Source: a virus (lineage: Duplodnaviria > Caudoviricetes). From it: a stretch of 50,966 nucleotides of DNA. Of this stretch, positions 7,940 to 17,770 are shown in pieces. The position numbers and the translations under genes are program-made. Where the stretch lies: positions 1 to 50,966 of IMG/VR virus record IMGVR_UViG_3300046817_000857. One strand, 5' to 3'. The notes below the pieces were generated by a model, which saw nothing but the letters and a program-made list of their open reading frames with translations, ran no database searches and had not been told where the DNA came from. The stretch's first letter is position 1; every line of letters starts with the position of its first letter.

Positions 7940-8805
7940 GAGGTCCGCGCTGGAAACGACGCTTTAATCTGAGCCGCGATGACTTCAAGCTGCTTAGCGA
8001 TGATGGCTCCAACATTCCCGCCAGCCTGGATTTCCATGACCGCCTGAAGCAGCCCATCTAGGATAGGCAACAACGGCAGGATAGCCTTAAGCGGAGGGAA
8101 GAACGTCGCTACGATTGGTAGAATGCTCCCTACGGTTTTCAGGGCATTCTCAATATCAGCTACATTGATTTGCGGGAAAGTAAACTGCTGCCCCGTGGCA
8201 GGGTGAGTGACTACTACGGTAGGAACGGCCGGTGTATCGGGCATCTTAGTCTCCTCAAATGCGATAGCGCCACTGTGCTCTAAAGCTTTCAATATGGCGG
8301 CGCACCCACATTGAACATCCACTACACCTGGACTGAAGACATGATCAGCAGTGTACTTCCCGCTGACGTATTGATTCGTCCACGACCAAATATAAGGGGA
8401 GTTGATGTTTTTACTAAAGTACCCAAAGCCATTATACGCCTCTGAGTTGTATAGACAAAACTCAACCGTCCAAGGTAGTGGATTGCGGTACTTCTTAAGC
8501 GCCTCAACCGCTCCCGCTTCCCAGGAATTCCAAGGCCCCAGACCCGCAGGGACTTGTGTGGTTACTTGGTTAAGTGGCTGGCCGTTGCCGAGGAAGGTAT
8601 CGAAATCAAAGTTAGCCTCACGGTAGTGCCAACAGCCGATGACAAACCACGGTACCTCTGTCTGAGCTTCGACAGTTTGATACCTCGTTTTGTTCGAAAC
8701 GATTTTATCCGCCAACGAGGCCGCAGCTGCGGCCTTCTCTGGCTTGGTAACACATGCATTCCAGAGGTTGCGATATCCAGCTTCAGTGACTTCGGGTGTA
8801 ATCAT
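7936..8805 (-). CDS. Endolysin, lysozyme-family (COG5526-like), with hydrophobic C-terminal extension
   Basis: VPWFVIGCWHYREANFDF, NGQPL, EAYNGFGY, SPYIWSWT, Y.SGKY..D, Q.GCAAILK. Confidence 0.8.
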   Translation of the reverse strand: MITPEVTEAGYRNLWNACVTKPEKAAAAASLADKIVSNKTRYQTVEAQTEVPWFVIGCWHYREANFDFDTFLGNGQPLNQVTTQVPAGLGPWNSWEAGAVEALKKYRNPLPWTVEFCLYNSEAYNGFGYFSKNINSPYIWSWTNQYVSGKYTADHVFSPGVVDVQCGCAAILKALEHSGAIAFEETKMPDTPAVPTVVVTHPATGQQFTFPQINVADIENALKTVGSILPIVATFFPPLKAILPLLPILDGLLQAVMEIQAGGNVGAIIAKQLEVIAAQIKASFPARTS

Positions 8806-8806
8806 C

Positions 8807-9163
8807 TCAGCCTCCACGAGGATTACGAATTGAGTATCCCGCTAGGGAAACCTCATGCACCTGAGTTCGGTGGTGGCCGCTGTTGGCATCGTAGACAATC
8901 GCTCGGCCATGGCCGGTTACTCGCTCGATCACCATGACATGGTGCCTCCGCACCGCCACCATTCCTGACGCAGCCTGGGCTGAAGGATATCGAAACCAAT
9001 TCGCTGCTAGCCATAGACCCCGGACCGGGTGCCCAAACACCCTAACACTAGCACCACAGCCACAGAACGACACCGACGGACACCCTGCCGGATGCCCAAC
9101 TACCTGCGCCCTTACTTCCGTTGCCCCGGCTAAGGCTGCGCAGAGAATCAAAATCCACTTCAT
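8807..9163 (-). CDS. Secreted CHAP/NlpC-P60-like protein
   Basis: Signal peptide; FCGCG (Cys), RRHHV (His), YDANSG. Resembles small secreted proteins of Bradyrhizobium-like bacteria. Confidence 0.6.
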   Translation of the reverse strand: MKWILILCAALAGATEVRAQVVGHPAGCPSVSFCGCGASVRVFGHPVRGLWLAANWFRYPSAQAASGMVAVRRHHVMVIERVTGHGRAIVYDANSGHHRTQVHEVSLAGYSIRNPRGG

Positions 9164-12100
9164 TTCCGTCTACCTTCCTTTGTTACCGCTTCAATACCAT
9201 GCTGGATTAAATCCGGCTGGCCAATCGCCTTGCCCGTGGTCAACGCTCGGTATGTCTCCGCAGGTGACCTTGGTGCCTGCTTCGATCCATGCATCGCATT
9301 CCAGCCCGCCTCCAGGATATTCCCAGCCTCTCCAGGCACACCGGTAGCAAGCCCGATCAGACTTGTAAAGTCCTTAATCGTCTTCCCTCCGTGCTCCTTG
9401 TCCATCATCTTTGTGATTCGAGGAATACCTGTTTTATCATCCGCACTCTTTGTGACATCCATCAACGACGAGGCAACGGTCTTCAATTCACTATCCAACA
9501 TCCCCGCTCCACCCTCACCGGAGGTCAGAAATCCATGCACCATCTCTCGGGCAACTGGGATTCCAAGTGTCGCACCCTCCGCGAGATACTCCGCAGTCTT
9601 ACCTAACCAGCCTTGTTTCTTTTTCTCCGGATCGGGAGTGACCATGTGCTCAACCATTACTGGCCATAAGGTTGAGGTGGCTACTAGCAACGCTGCCTTC
9701 CCTAGATGCCCTCGAATTTCTGCGAAGTCGGCTTCCTTGTAGTTATCCTTCGCGTATTTGGTTCTCCAATACGCCTCAAACTGGCGCTGGAGCATCTGAT
9801 TGAATACGGAATACAGCGATGTAAACAGCCGACTCATGGCGTTCCCACGCATGATCCCGGGTCGAGCGGTGATCGCAGTAGACCCATGCGCACGAAGCAC
9901 GATGGAATTCGCAATCTCAATCGCGGTTCCCTCGTATTCTTGAGGCAGCTTATTCGGAAACTTCTCCCCAAGCTCTGCCATCTGTTTCTTATACTCCGCC
10001 AACCAACTCGGCACAGATGACATCATATCCGACCAGCCAACCAAAAATCCACCCTTCTCCAGCATCCAATCCCGCGCTGCCCAGAAGCCTTTGTTCTGAA
10101 ATTGCAGCCCCTCCCACCGCCCACCAAGGGTTTCACGGATGGTCTGGAATCTCCTCTGGAGCTCCAGGCTTTTGCTCAGAGCAAAGTTGAAGTTGCTCGT
10201 AAATCCATCAGGGGAGGTAGCGAATAGCGACTTAACTTCCCTAGCAAAGTTTATCGGCCCTACCTCCGCAACTGAATTCAGCGCGGCAGTTGGCCCATGC
10301 TTCTCCGCAGTACGGATGTTCCATCCGATAAACGTACCAATCATATTCCTCCGGAAGAACTCTGAAATCCTCCCAAGCATCTGATCCGAAACCGTGCTCA
10401 CTCCTTTCCCACCACCGATGATATCCCTCAGCCAATCATCCATCATATGCAGCACAGCTTCGCCGGAATGGCGTTCTATCGCATGCCGAAACTCGGTGTC
10501 TCGGAGCATCTTACCGAAGTTGGTCACAAACGGCCGGAAAGAGGTGTCATATAAAATCTGCGACATCCTTTGCGGCAAGCGGTTCAAGGTCAAATCCGTT
10601 GGCGCTGCGTAAGAGGTGCGTCGGATTTCCGATCCCGTGGCGGTGGTGGACTTGAAGTACCCGGTATCAAATAGCCCACCCAGGCTCTCTGGGTTGATCG
10701 GTGACAGCCCCTCCGCAGCCCGACTAGTCCCAAGCTCCTTTTGATCATAAATCATCGGGGAGTACCACCCCTCACGCATCACACCATGGGGGTCTTCGAA
10801 TGGGTGCAACTCGACTAGGTCCGGCACCACACCGTTTTGGTCCCGGATCATTTCCCGCAAATCAGCAAAGGCTTCTTTATTAATATCCCCCACCTTCTGC
10901 CAGGTGTCCCACATCTCCTTGGTGGAGTGCTCTTTCAAATACGCCCACAGTTGATCCTTATCCACCTTCCAGCCACGAACAAACTTATCCATATTATTCG
11001 GATTACCCATGTCCATGATAATCCGCTGCAGGTTCTCCATGGTCATATTGACCATCTCATTTCGAGACACTCGCTTCAGCAGGTTCGGCAGGGGTGCCTT
11101 GAGATTGACATCCTTGATCCCTTTGAACGCATCATCCAGCTTTGATCCATACTCCTTAATCCTCGCCGAAAGCTCCGACGCTGCCGACATGGCCGGATAG
11201 ACCACGTTCATATTAAAGAACCCATGCTTATCGCCCAGGTCCCAGCGGTTGAAAACCGAGAAATTCTGAATCAGCTTTCCATACACTATGTCCTTCACCG
11301 CGCCCGTTAGCTTCCCAATCCCCTGAACATTATACGGCGTTCCCGTCTTACCCTGCTTCGCCAACTGTGGAATGGCTTGGTTCTCTATAACCTCCCGTAG
11401 AGCAACCTTCCCTGCCCTAGTCGTGTATACCTTATCCTCCCTCCCAAGCTTATACAACTGCATCACTGCATCCGAGAACCCTTTGAATTGCTCATAGGTC
11501 ATCTTATCTAGAGGGATCTTTTCCCCAGCGTAAATCCAATCTGGCAGCAATATCTGCATCGCCTTCATATTAGATTCACTCTCAACAAACTGCGCAAGTG
11601 GCTTGGCAGCCCTGACGTCGTCCTCGAGGCCCTGAATCGACTTCCCCGTTTTCAACCCTGCATTGCCAACGATATCCCTCAAATGCGCGAGGTAGCTCTT
11701 ATCCATCCCGTTGTACTTAGGATTGGCTACCCGATCGGTGATCTTATCCGTCGCCTTCCGCAGCTTCTCATAAGCCTTGGCTTCATTCGCCATCAGCATG
11801 GAGATGTATTGCTGCTGCTTGAATTTGAAGGCCTCCTTAAAATCCCCATCAAGCAAAGCAAGCTCCGTGGCGCGCCCTGCTCGGCCTGCGGAGGCAAGAT
11901 ACTTATCCACGCTGTGCGCCGAAATCGGGGTTTCCCCAAACACCCTCTTTACCCCCTCCTTGAGCTTGGCTTTTGTAAAGGGAAGCTCGTCGGTATTCTT
12001 CGCTAGGGCGATTGTTTCTTGATGCAGAATGTCAAGCTGAGTTTGGGATACTACGTGGTCCTTTGCCTCCTCAAGGATCTGCTGCTCCAGATCCCCAAAC

Positions 12101-15036
12101 TCTCGAGACATTCGATCCTGCGTGATCTTCTCCACGACTTTATTAAAGTGCTCCCTCGGCCCAAGCTTCCCACGCTCAGCGTGAAGTTGTTTCAACCCAT
12201 CCAACATCAACTGTGCGGTGGGGTACCCAAGCTGAGTCGCAGCGTCGTCAGGATTCATCCCTCCGGGCTTGAGGTAGTCCTCCGGTAGTCCAGCCTTCTG
12301 CTCAGCGCTGAGCTTATCACTATCCAGCCGGACCCGCCCTGGGAGCTTATCCCCCAAATACGACCCTTCCCTCAACAGATTATCCGCTGCAATATCCGGC
12401 CGCCCAAGCAGGCGCTCCCTTACCTCCTTCTTAACCTGCGCCTCCATAGTCTTCCACTCAGTCGTCTGCCGCAGCCGTTCCCTCTTCTCCGCGTCCAGGC
12501 GGAACTTCTCCATATCCTCTTCCGCTTGCTGCCGGATCTTCTCCTGATACTGCCGATACTCCTTAACCTTCATCCCCACATCGGCGGCTTTATCGAACGC
12601 CTCCCGGTCCTCCATCCGGGTGAGCCCAGGGAGCTCGAGTTGGGTGTCCTTAATCGCATCCGTCGATACCTTCCCCTTTCCCTTCGCCTCCGCCCTCAGC
12701 GCCTCGATGTCCTTGCTCAGGCTGAACACCGCATCCATGGCTGTCTTAGGCACAGCCTTTCCAGTCAGGCGCTCCCAGAGATCTTGGACAATATTCCTTA
12801 CCGCGTCCCAAACAGTACTAGCTCTCCTTAAACCAAGATCGCTAATGAGCTCCTTAGAAATTGGTGTTGATTGCAGTACCTTCTGGAACCCCTCCTTTGA
12901 CATAGCCTCAGCAATAAATTCCTTCTCGTTTGTAAACGCATAATTTTGAAATTCAAACAGCTTTGGATTCAGCTTTCTAAAAGCATCAACCTCATTCATC
13001 AACCCTCGAATAGAGGCCTTAATCTCGGGGAACTTTTCAATCTGCGCAACCGTTATCGCATGGCTGCCTTCGTGCATCAGCACATGCAGCGCCACATGAG
13101 GCTGCCACTCGGTTACATCCTCGCGAATGAATATCTTATTCGTTCCATCTTTATAGAGTTGATGAAACCCTCCAGCGTTACTTCCTACAAAAGCCCTAGC
13201 CATGTCCTCCTGAGAAATGACATGTACCGGGACATCCTTGGCAAGGCGGGTAATCGTCTCCCCGAAGTGCTTCATGATAGGGCTGTCGGTAGAGGACTCA
13301 ACCGCGGATTTAGAAAGGACTTCTCCTAGGGTTGTGGAATGGAGGGGCTGAACATCAAATGTGTTATGGTTATAATCCCAAACTGTATGCGTCTCCCCCG
13401 TGCGCAGGAAGTCGGTGGTCTGCTTTGGAGTCGGGCGAAGGGGGATGGAAGCCTTACGCTCTGGCCCAGCGCCACTGATTCGCCAGCCTTCAATGAATTC
13501 AGCGCGGGGGAATTCAACTTGCAACTGCCGAAGCAAGCCACTTAGCTGACGCGGCCCCAGGAATCCGGGCAAGCCTTCAGTAGTTCCCGCTGCAACGTGA
13601 GTGACGATCAGCGTCTGCCCATCATCTTTCTCTACTATCGTCGCTCCACCAATACGCTTGCCTTGAGGATCCTCAATATCAAACGAGTGCCCCGGAACAC
13701 CCTCCTCCGGCTCGACTCTCGTCAGCCTCATCTGCCCAGGCGCAGCGATTGGATCCAACCCAGCGCTTCGCCGGATGGCGTCCACCGAATCGATCGGCGC
13801 TGGCTTCTCCTCACCCTTCTCCAGCTTTGCCTCGTTGAGCGTCATCCCGCCCTTGCGGAACCGGATATCATCCTGCAGCGCCTTGAAAACATCCGGCTCA
13901 ACTCGAGCCAAGAACGCTGAAAGCGGAACCTCTACATCTCCACCGTACGTTTCAGCTGCCTCAAGCTGCTTCCCTAGATCGGGGATGAATCCGAGGATCC
14001 CATCATCCTCCGTCGGAGGCTTGTCCCCATACAGCTTCCGCACCGCCTCCGCGCTGATATCCACCGACGCATCAGTATGCTGCGCAACGAAATTCTCAAG
14101 CAACTCCGGCGCACGCTCCTTGGTGGTGCTCTTTCCAATCTCCTTTACCGTATCCCCCAGATTTCCTATATCCTGCTTCGCCTGATCGGCATAGATATCA
14201 TCGATAACCTTATCCAGCCCAATCGGTGGCTTCACCCCCTGCTCGAGATACGGCTTGACCTTTCGATAAAGCTCCGCAGCCTGGCGATTTTGGCTGTCCT
14301 GCGCAGCCTTCTTCACCGCTCCTTCCCCAGGCTCGACGTGAGGGATCTCTCCCGTCATGCCCATCTGCATCAGGGTTTCAGCGGTTCCAAGGGCAGCTTC
14401 TTTGATCTGCGCTGCGGCCTCGGGGCTCGCACCCATTCGCTGCGCACCGGTTTCAACCGCTGCCCCACCACCTTCTAGCGCTCCGGAGATGGTGCGGTTC
14501 ACCGCCTCAGGTAGGACACCTATAGTCTGCGCAATCCGTGCGAGGTTGTTCCAGAGGAACGGATAGTCCCTGGCCCAATCAGGAGGCTGCTCCGCGATAG
14601 CCTTGCCAAACCTACCCTGCTCAGTGAAGGCCTTGTAGAATCCTTTGACCGCGCTCTCAGCCGTGTCGGTAGGAGCGCTCAGAATACCCGTGGCTGTCGG
14701 GCCAAGAAAGTGCAATCGGTGGGAAATCTCATCAAGCTGCCCCCAGTCGTCCGACGACACCACCGGTGCCATCGGGTGGGAGCCAGCATAATCCCGGAGG
14801 AACTTATTGCTGCTCAACAACTGCGACGTCAACGCAGCCTTGTGCTGTTGTTCAAACTGATCGAGGTTCCCATACACCAACGCTGGGTCAGTCCCAGTGG
14901 ACTTCCCAAGCTCAATCGCCCGTGCGCCATCATCAGGATTCGCATCCAGCCCCTGCAACGCACTTGACTGTGCCTGCCGCTGCTGGCCTATGATCCAATC
15001 AGCGTCACTTGGATTGGGGAACAGTGGGTCTGCCAC
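9160..15036 (-). CDS. Large internal virion (ejection) protein, polyvalent, with zincin HExxH domain
   Basis: About 1960 aa, largely helical, last of three ejection genes; LMHEGSHA...KEFIAEA. GTG start with AAGGA SD chosen instead of 15069. Confidence 0.8.
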   Translation of the reverse strand: MADPLFPNPSDADWIIGQQRQAQSSALQGLDANPDDGARAIELGKSTGTDPALVYGNLDQFEQQHKAALTSQLLSSNKFLRDYAGSHPMAPVVSSDDWGQLDEISHRLHFLGPTATGILSAPTDTAESAVKGFYKAFTEQGRFGKAIAEQPPDWARDYPFLWNNLARIAQTIGVLPEAVNRTISGALEGGGAAVETGAQRMGASPEAAAQIKEAALGTAETLMQMGMTGEIPHVEPGEGAVKKAAQDSQNRQAAELYRKVKPYLEQGVKPPIGLDKVIDDIYADQAKQDIGNLGDTVKEIGKSTTKERAPELLENFVAQHTDASVDISAEAVRKLYGDKPPTEDDGILGFIPDLGKQLEAAETYGGDVEVPLSAFLARVEPDVFKALQDDIRFRKGGMTLNEAKLEKGEEKPAPIDSVDAIRRSAGLDPIAAPGQMRLTRVEPEEGVPGHSFDIEDPQGKRIGGATIVEKDDGQTLIVTHVAAGTTEGLPGFLGPRQLSGLLRQLQVEFPRAEFIEGWRISGAGPERKASIPLRPTPKQTTDFLRTGETHTVWDYNHNTFDVQPLHSTTLGEVLSKSAVESSTDSPIMKHFGETITRLAKDVPVHVISQEDMARAFVGSNAGGFHQLYKDGTNKIFIREDVTEWQPHVALHVLMHEGSHAITVAQIEKFPEIKASIRGLMNEVDAFRKLNPKLFEFQNYAFTNEKEFIAEAMSKEGFQKVLQSTPISKELISDLGLRRASTVWDAVRNIVQDLWERLTGKAVPKTAMDAVFSLSKDIEALRAEAKGKGKVSTDAIKDTQLELPGLTRMEDREAFDKAADVGMKVKEYRQYQEKIRQQAEEDMEKFRLDAEKRERLRQTTEWKTMEAQVKKEVRERLLGRPDIAADNLLREGSYLGDKLPGRVRLDSDKLSAEQKAGLPEDYLKPGGMNPDDAATQLGYPTAQLMLDGLKQLHAERGKLGPREHFNKVVEKITQDRMSREFGDLEQQILEEAKDHVVSQTQLDILHQETIALAKNTDELPFTKAKLKEGVKRVFGETPISAHSVDKYLASAGRAGRATELALLDGDFKEAFKFKQQQYISMLMANEAKAYEKLRKATDKITDRVANPKYNGMDKSYLAHLRDIVGNAGLKTGKSIQGLEDDVRAAKPLAQFVESESNMKAMQILLPDWIYAGEKIPLDKMTYEQFKGFSDAVMQLYKLGREDKVYTTRAGKVALREVIENQAIPQLAKQGKTGTPYNVQGIGKLTGAVKDIVYGKLIQNFSVFNRWDLGDKHGFFNMNVVYPAMSAASELSARIKEYGSKLDDAFKGIKDVNLKAPLPNLLKRVSRNEMVNMTMENLQRIIMDMGNPNNMDKFVRGWKVDKDQLWAYLKEHSTKEMWDTWQKVGDINKEAFADLREMIRDQNGVVPDLVELHPFEDPHGVMREGWYSPMIYDQKELGTSRAAEGLSPINPESLGGLFDTGYFKSTTATGSEIRRTSYAAPTDLTLNRLPQRMSQILYDTSFRPFVTNFGKMLRDTEFRHAIERHSGEAVLHMMDDWLRDIIGGGKGVSTVSDQMLGRISEFFRRNMIGTFIGWNIRTAEKHGPTAALNSVAEVGPINFAREVKSLFATSPDGFTSNFNFALSKSLELQRRFQTIRETLGGRWEGLQFQNKGFWAARDWMLEKGGFLVGWSDMMSSVPSWLAEYKKQMAELGEKFPNKLPQEYEGTAIEIANSIVLRAHGSTAITARPGIMRGNAMSRLFTSLYSVFNQMLQRQFEAYWRTKYAKDNYKEADFAEIRGHLGKAALLVATSTLWPVMVEHMVTPDPEKKKQGWLGKTAEYLAEGATLGIPVAREMVHGFLTSGEGGAGMLDSELKTVASSLMDVTKSADDKTGIPRITKMMDKEHGGKTIKDFTSLIGLATGVPGEAGNILEAGWNAMHGSKQAPRSPAETYRALTTGKAIGQPDLIQHGIEAVTKEGRRK

Positions 15037-16759
15037 CGGAGGTGTCCTTGGGCTTGGAGTAAAGATCAATAAACTGGCTGCGTAGGTAGGCGCGATAGAG
15101 TTCCTCGTCGGTGGGTTCTAAACCACCCTTGGCTACGATATCGTTGACAATGCCCTTATCATCCGCCCACTTCTTTACCACCGACATATCTCGGTCAAAG
15201 GCCGGGCGCTTGGTTCCACCAAAGAACATCCCAAAGGTCCCGGGTTCGGTGCGTTGATGTATCACAGCAGGGCCGATGGTGTTGACGATATCATCATGCC
15301 CTGGGGGCCTGCCTTTTTCCTCCCGCCAAGCATCGATTCCAGCCTGAAGTGCCCCGGTGTAATGATCATAGTCAGTCGCATCTGCGCCCTGAGTTGGGCG
15401 GAAGTAGATGCCAAGCGCACGAAGCTCAGCTGCTCGGCCCTGTCGTAGCCAGCCCATTGCACGATTCAGCATCGGGTCATCGGCAGGCTTAGCAATAGCC
15501 TGCGCCCGCTTTGCCATCAGGCTCCGCTGCTGCTCTTGAGAGAGGTTATACTTGGTGAAGTCCGCATCGAGAAAGGCCTCACGGTCGTTGTAGTAGAGCC
15601 CCGTCAGCGCGGTGAAGTTCTCCTCCTGTCCGTGCTTATCCCGCGCGGCATTGTAGGAGTTGATCATCCCCGGAATGCGCTCCCGCGCATCAGCAGGCAG
15701 GGCATCAATTGTGGCAGCCATCTGAGGATCTGCTCGGAGTTCGCGGACATCGACCACGCCCTTCTGAACCGCCTCCATCACCTTCTGAATCCCGGTGTTC
15801 TTGTCCTGATTCGCGATGTACCGATCCGTAGTGATCTTCCCCTTCAACGCCTGAAGGGCATCCTTCTCGAAAAGCGGATCATCGTGGGCCAGCTTAGGTG
15901 AAGCAGCCTTAACTTCGTCCTCCATCTGCTTCGCGGTTTTGTCGGGGGAATAAACCGAGTTGGCAAGATTGGCTGAGCCAATGGCACGGTTCTGTGCGCG
16001 GGTTATCAGCAACGCTTTCTCATAATCATCCTGCGTTAGCTGCCCAGCCTTTTTAGCCGTGTCCAGCATTGGGAAAGCTGCCTGCGGATCGTCATGCGCA
16101 ACCTGCCCGATCCTTCCCAGCCAAAGCCTGCTCTGACTTTGCATTTTCAAAGCGGCCGCCCGATCCGGAGTCAGCCCTTTCGCACTGGCGATGGTATCAT
16201 CCGCAGAGTCGGTCATCCCCAGCTTGTACTGGAACTCCTCATTGCTCTTAGGATCAACAAACGTCTTAGCCGCGATATCCTTCTGTGCCTGGGCAGTGCC
16301 GATCACGCTTCGTTTATTCTCATCCGCTGCATGCCCGGCTGCGGAGAAGATATTCCGCTGCATGAAAGGCAGAGTGTCACGATCGTAATATCGCTGCGCA
16401 AACTGAGTCCCCAGCTTTCCACGAATCTCTGTCCGTAGATCCTGCTGAGCTTTGATATATCCAGGAAGCCCATCCGCGGCTGCCTGACCTTCAAGGGAAC
16501 CATACTGTGCATGGAGCAAGGAAGCCTTCTCAGCGTATTCACTCTGTGCCTCGCGGGCGTCTGTTTCGTTCCGCAGGTCCTGCAACGCCATAGCACGGGT
16601 GAAGAGTTCCCCACCAACTTGTTCCGTGGTCGCACCCAAGCCTTGCAGCGCAGCGCCGACATTGGCACCAAAGGCTGCTGGCGGGGTGGAGACGGAAAGC
16701 TGCTCACTACCACCAGCGGGCTCGACGGAGGAATAGGGTTGGTACGGAACCTGAGCCAT
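15005..16759 (-). CDS. Internal virion (ejection) protein
   Basis: MAQVP...AFGANVGAALQGLG N-terminus; Ala/Gln-rich helical; conserved position in the podovirus ejectosome block. Confidence 0.75.
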   Translation of the reverse strand: MAQVPYQPYSSVEPAGGSEQLSVSTPPAAFGANVGAALQGLGATTEQVGGELFTRAMALQDLRNETDAREAQSEYAEKASLLHAQYGSLEGQAAADGLPGYIKAQQDLRTEIRGKLGTQFAQRYYDRDTLPFMQRNIFSAAGHAADENKRSVIGTAQAQKDIAAKTFVDPKSNEEFQYKLGMTDSADDTIASAKGLTPDRAAALKMQSQSRLWLGRIGQVAHDDPQAAFPMLDTAKKAGQLTQDDYEKALLITRAQNRAIGSANLANSVYSPDKTAKQMEDEVKAASPKLAHDDPLFEKDALQALKGKITTDRYIANQDKNTGIQKVMEAVQKGVVDVRELRADPQMAATIDALPADARERIPGMINSYNAARDKHGQEENFTALTGLYYNDREAFLDADFTKYNLSQEQQRSLMAKRAQAIAKPADDPMLNRAMGWLRQGRAAELRALGIYFRPTQGADATDYDHYTGALQAGIDAWREEKGRPPGHDDIVNTIGPAVIHQRTEPGTFGMFFGGTKRPAFDRDMSVVKKWADDKGIVNDIVAKGGLEPTDEELYRAYLRSQFIDLYSKPKDTSGGRPTVPQSK

Positions 16760-17349
16760 CAGTAAAGGCTCCCTGTCTGCACACCGGGATACAACCCCAT
16801 CCCACCCTGCGTTGGATCACCACCGCCTCCGAAAGCCGGTCCCATTTGCAGCCACTTACTCGACACCGACCCCACCCCACCGATGATGCTGGAGATGGCA
16901 CCGATGGTCCCAGCTTCCTTTGAGGTCGTAGCTGCAGTGCTCAGTGCTCCGGCTGACGCCACATCCCCAGCCGCGGCTACCTCGTATCCGTACGCCCGCT
17001 TTGCAGCGTTCGCTGCAATGATCCCCTGATTCTGCTGCCCCACCTCAACCTCGCTCGCGATCACGCGATCCTGACTCGCCCCTGCGATATTGCTCGCACC
17101 GAACGCAGCCCTGGTTGCACCAATAACCGCCCGCTCACGCATCCCAGCTTGTTCTGCCTGAACCCCGCCGGACTCGATCGCATAGTTCGCATCTTGCTTT
17201 TTGATTTGCGCATTAACCCTCGCCACCCCGGCTTGGTAGTTATACATCGCTGCTTCAGACTGACTCTGCTGAAGCTTTCCAAGGGCGCTGATCCCTGCGC
17301 CTGCGGCAGTGGATGCCAGACCAATACCTGCGGTTACTGGATCAGCCAT
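16759..17349 (-). CDS. Small internal virion protein (T7 gp14-like position)
   Basis: Gly/Ala-rich hydrophobic N-terminus, Gln/Ala-rich coiled centre. Confidence 0.7.
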   Translation of the reverse strand: MADPVTAGIGLASTAAGAGISALGKLQQSQSEAAMYNYQAGVARVNAQIKKQDANYAIESGGVQAEQAGMRERAVIGATRAAFGASNIAGASQDRVIASEVEVGQQNQGIIAANAAKRAYGYEVAAAGDVASAGALSTAATTSKEAGTIGAISSIIGGVGSVSSKWLQMGPAFGGGGDPTQGGMGLYPGVQTGSLY

Positions 17350-17770
17350 GAGCGGCCTTCTTTCGGATCATAAAGGGAATCTTCCCGTCCACTGTGGGAC
17401 CGAACTCCGCTCCCAGCCAGCCTAGCCAGCGCTTGCCGGAAGGATTATCGCACATCACATCCCCCACTATCGTTGGGTAAATTCTCAACGCCTCTTCAAT
17501 ATAGCGCTGACTATGCCGAACGAGGAGGAACTTATGCTGCGCTGCGACTTCAGTGGCAAGCATCCAGAGATAGGCTGTGGTGGAAAGCAGCGTGGGCGGG
17601 ATCAACCCCCACATACAAGCCAGTTGGCCGTCCACGAAGCCGTATCGGATATCGATGCTCCGATGCACACACTCACGCAGGATCTTCTCTGCATTCAGCC
17701 TCCCTGCAACCGGGCTTCGACGGAGAACCTCTTTCAGTGAGATGTCACTGCTCCGAGAGATCGATATCAT
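17342..17770 (-). CDS. GNAT-fold virion assembly protein (T7 gp13/DUF2833-like)
   Basis: ACMWGL...YLWML...N...RWLGWLGAEF motif; sits after the nozzle gene. Confidence 0.65.
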   Translation of the reverse strand: MISISRSSDISLKEVLRRSPVAGRLNAEKILRECVHRSIDIRYGFVDGQLACMWGLIPPTLLSTTAYLWMLATEVAAQHKFLLVRHSQRYIEEALRIYPTIVGDVMCDNPSGKRWLGWLGAEFGPTVDGKIPFMIRKKAAHG

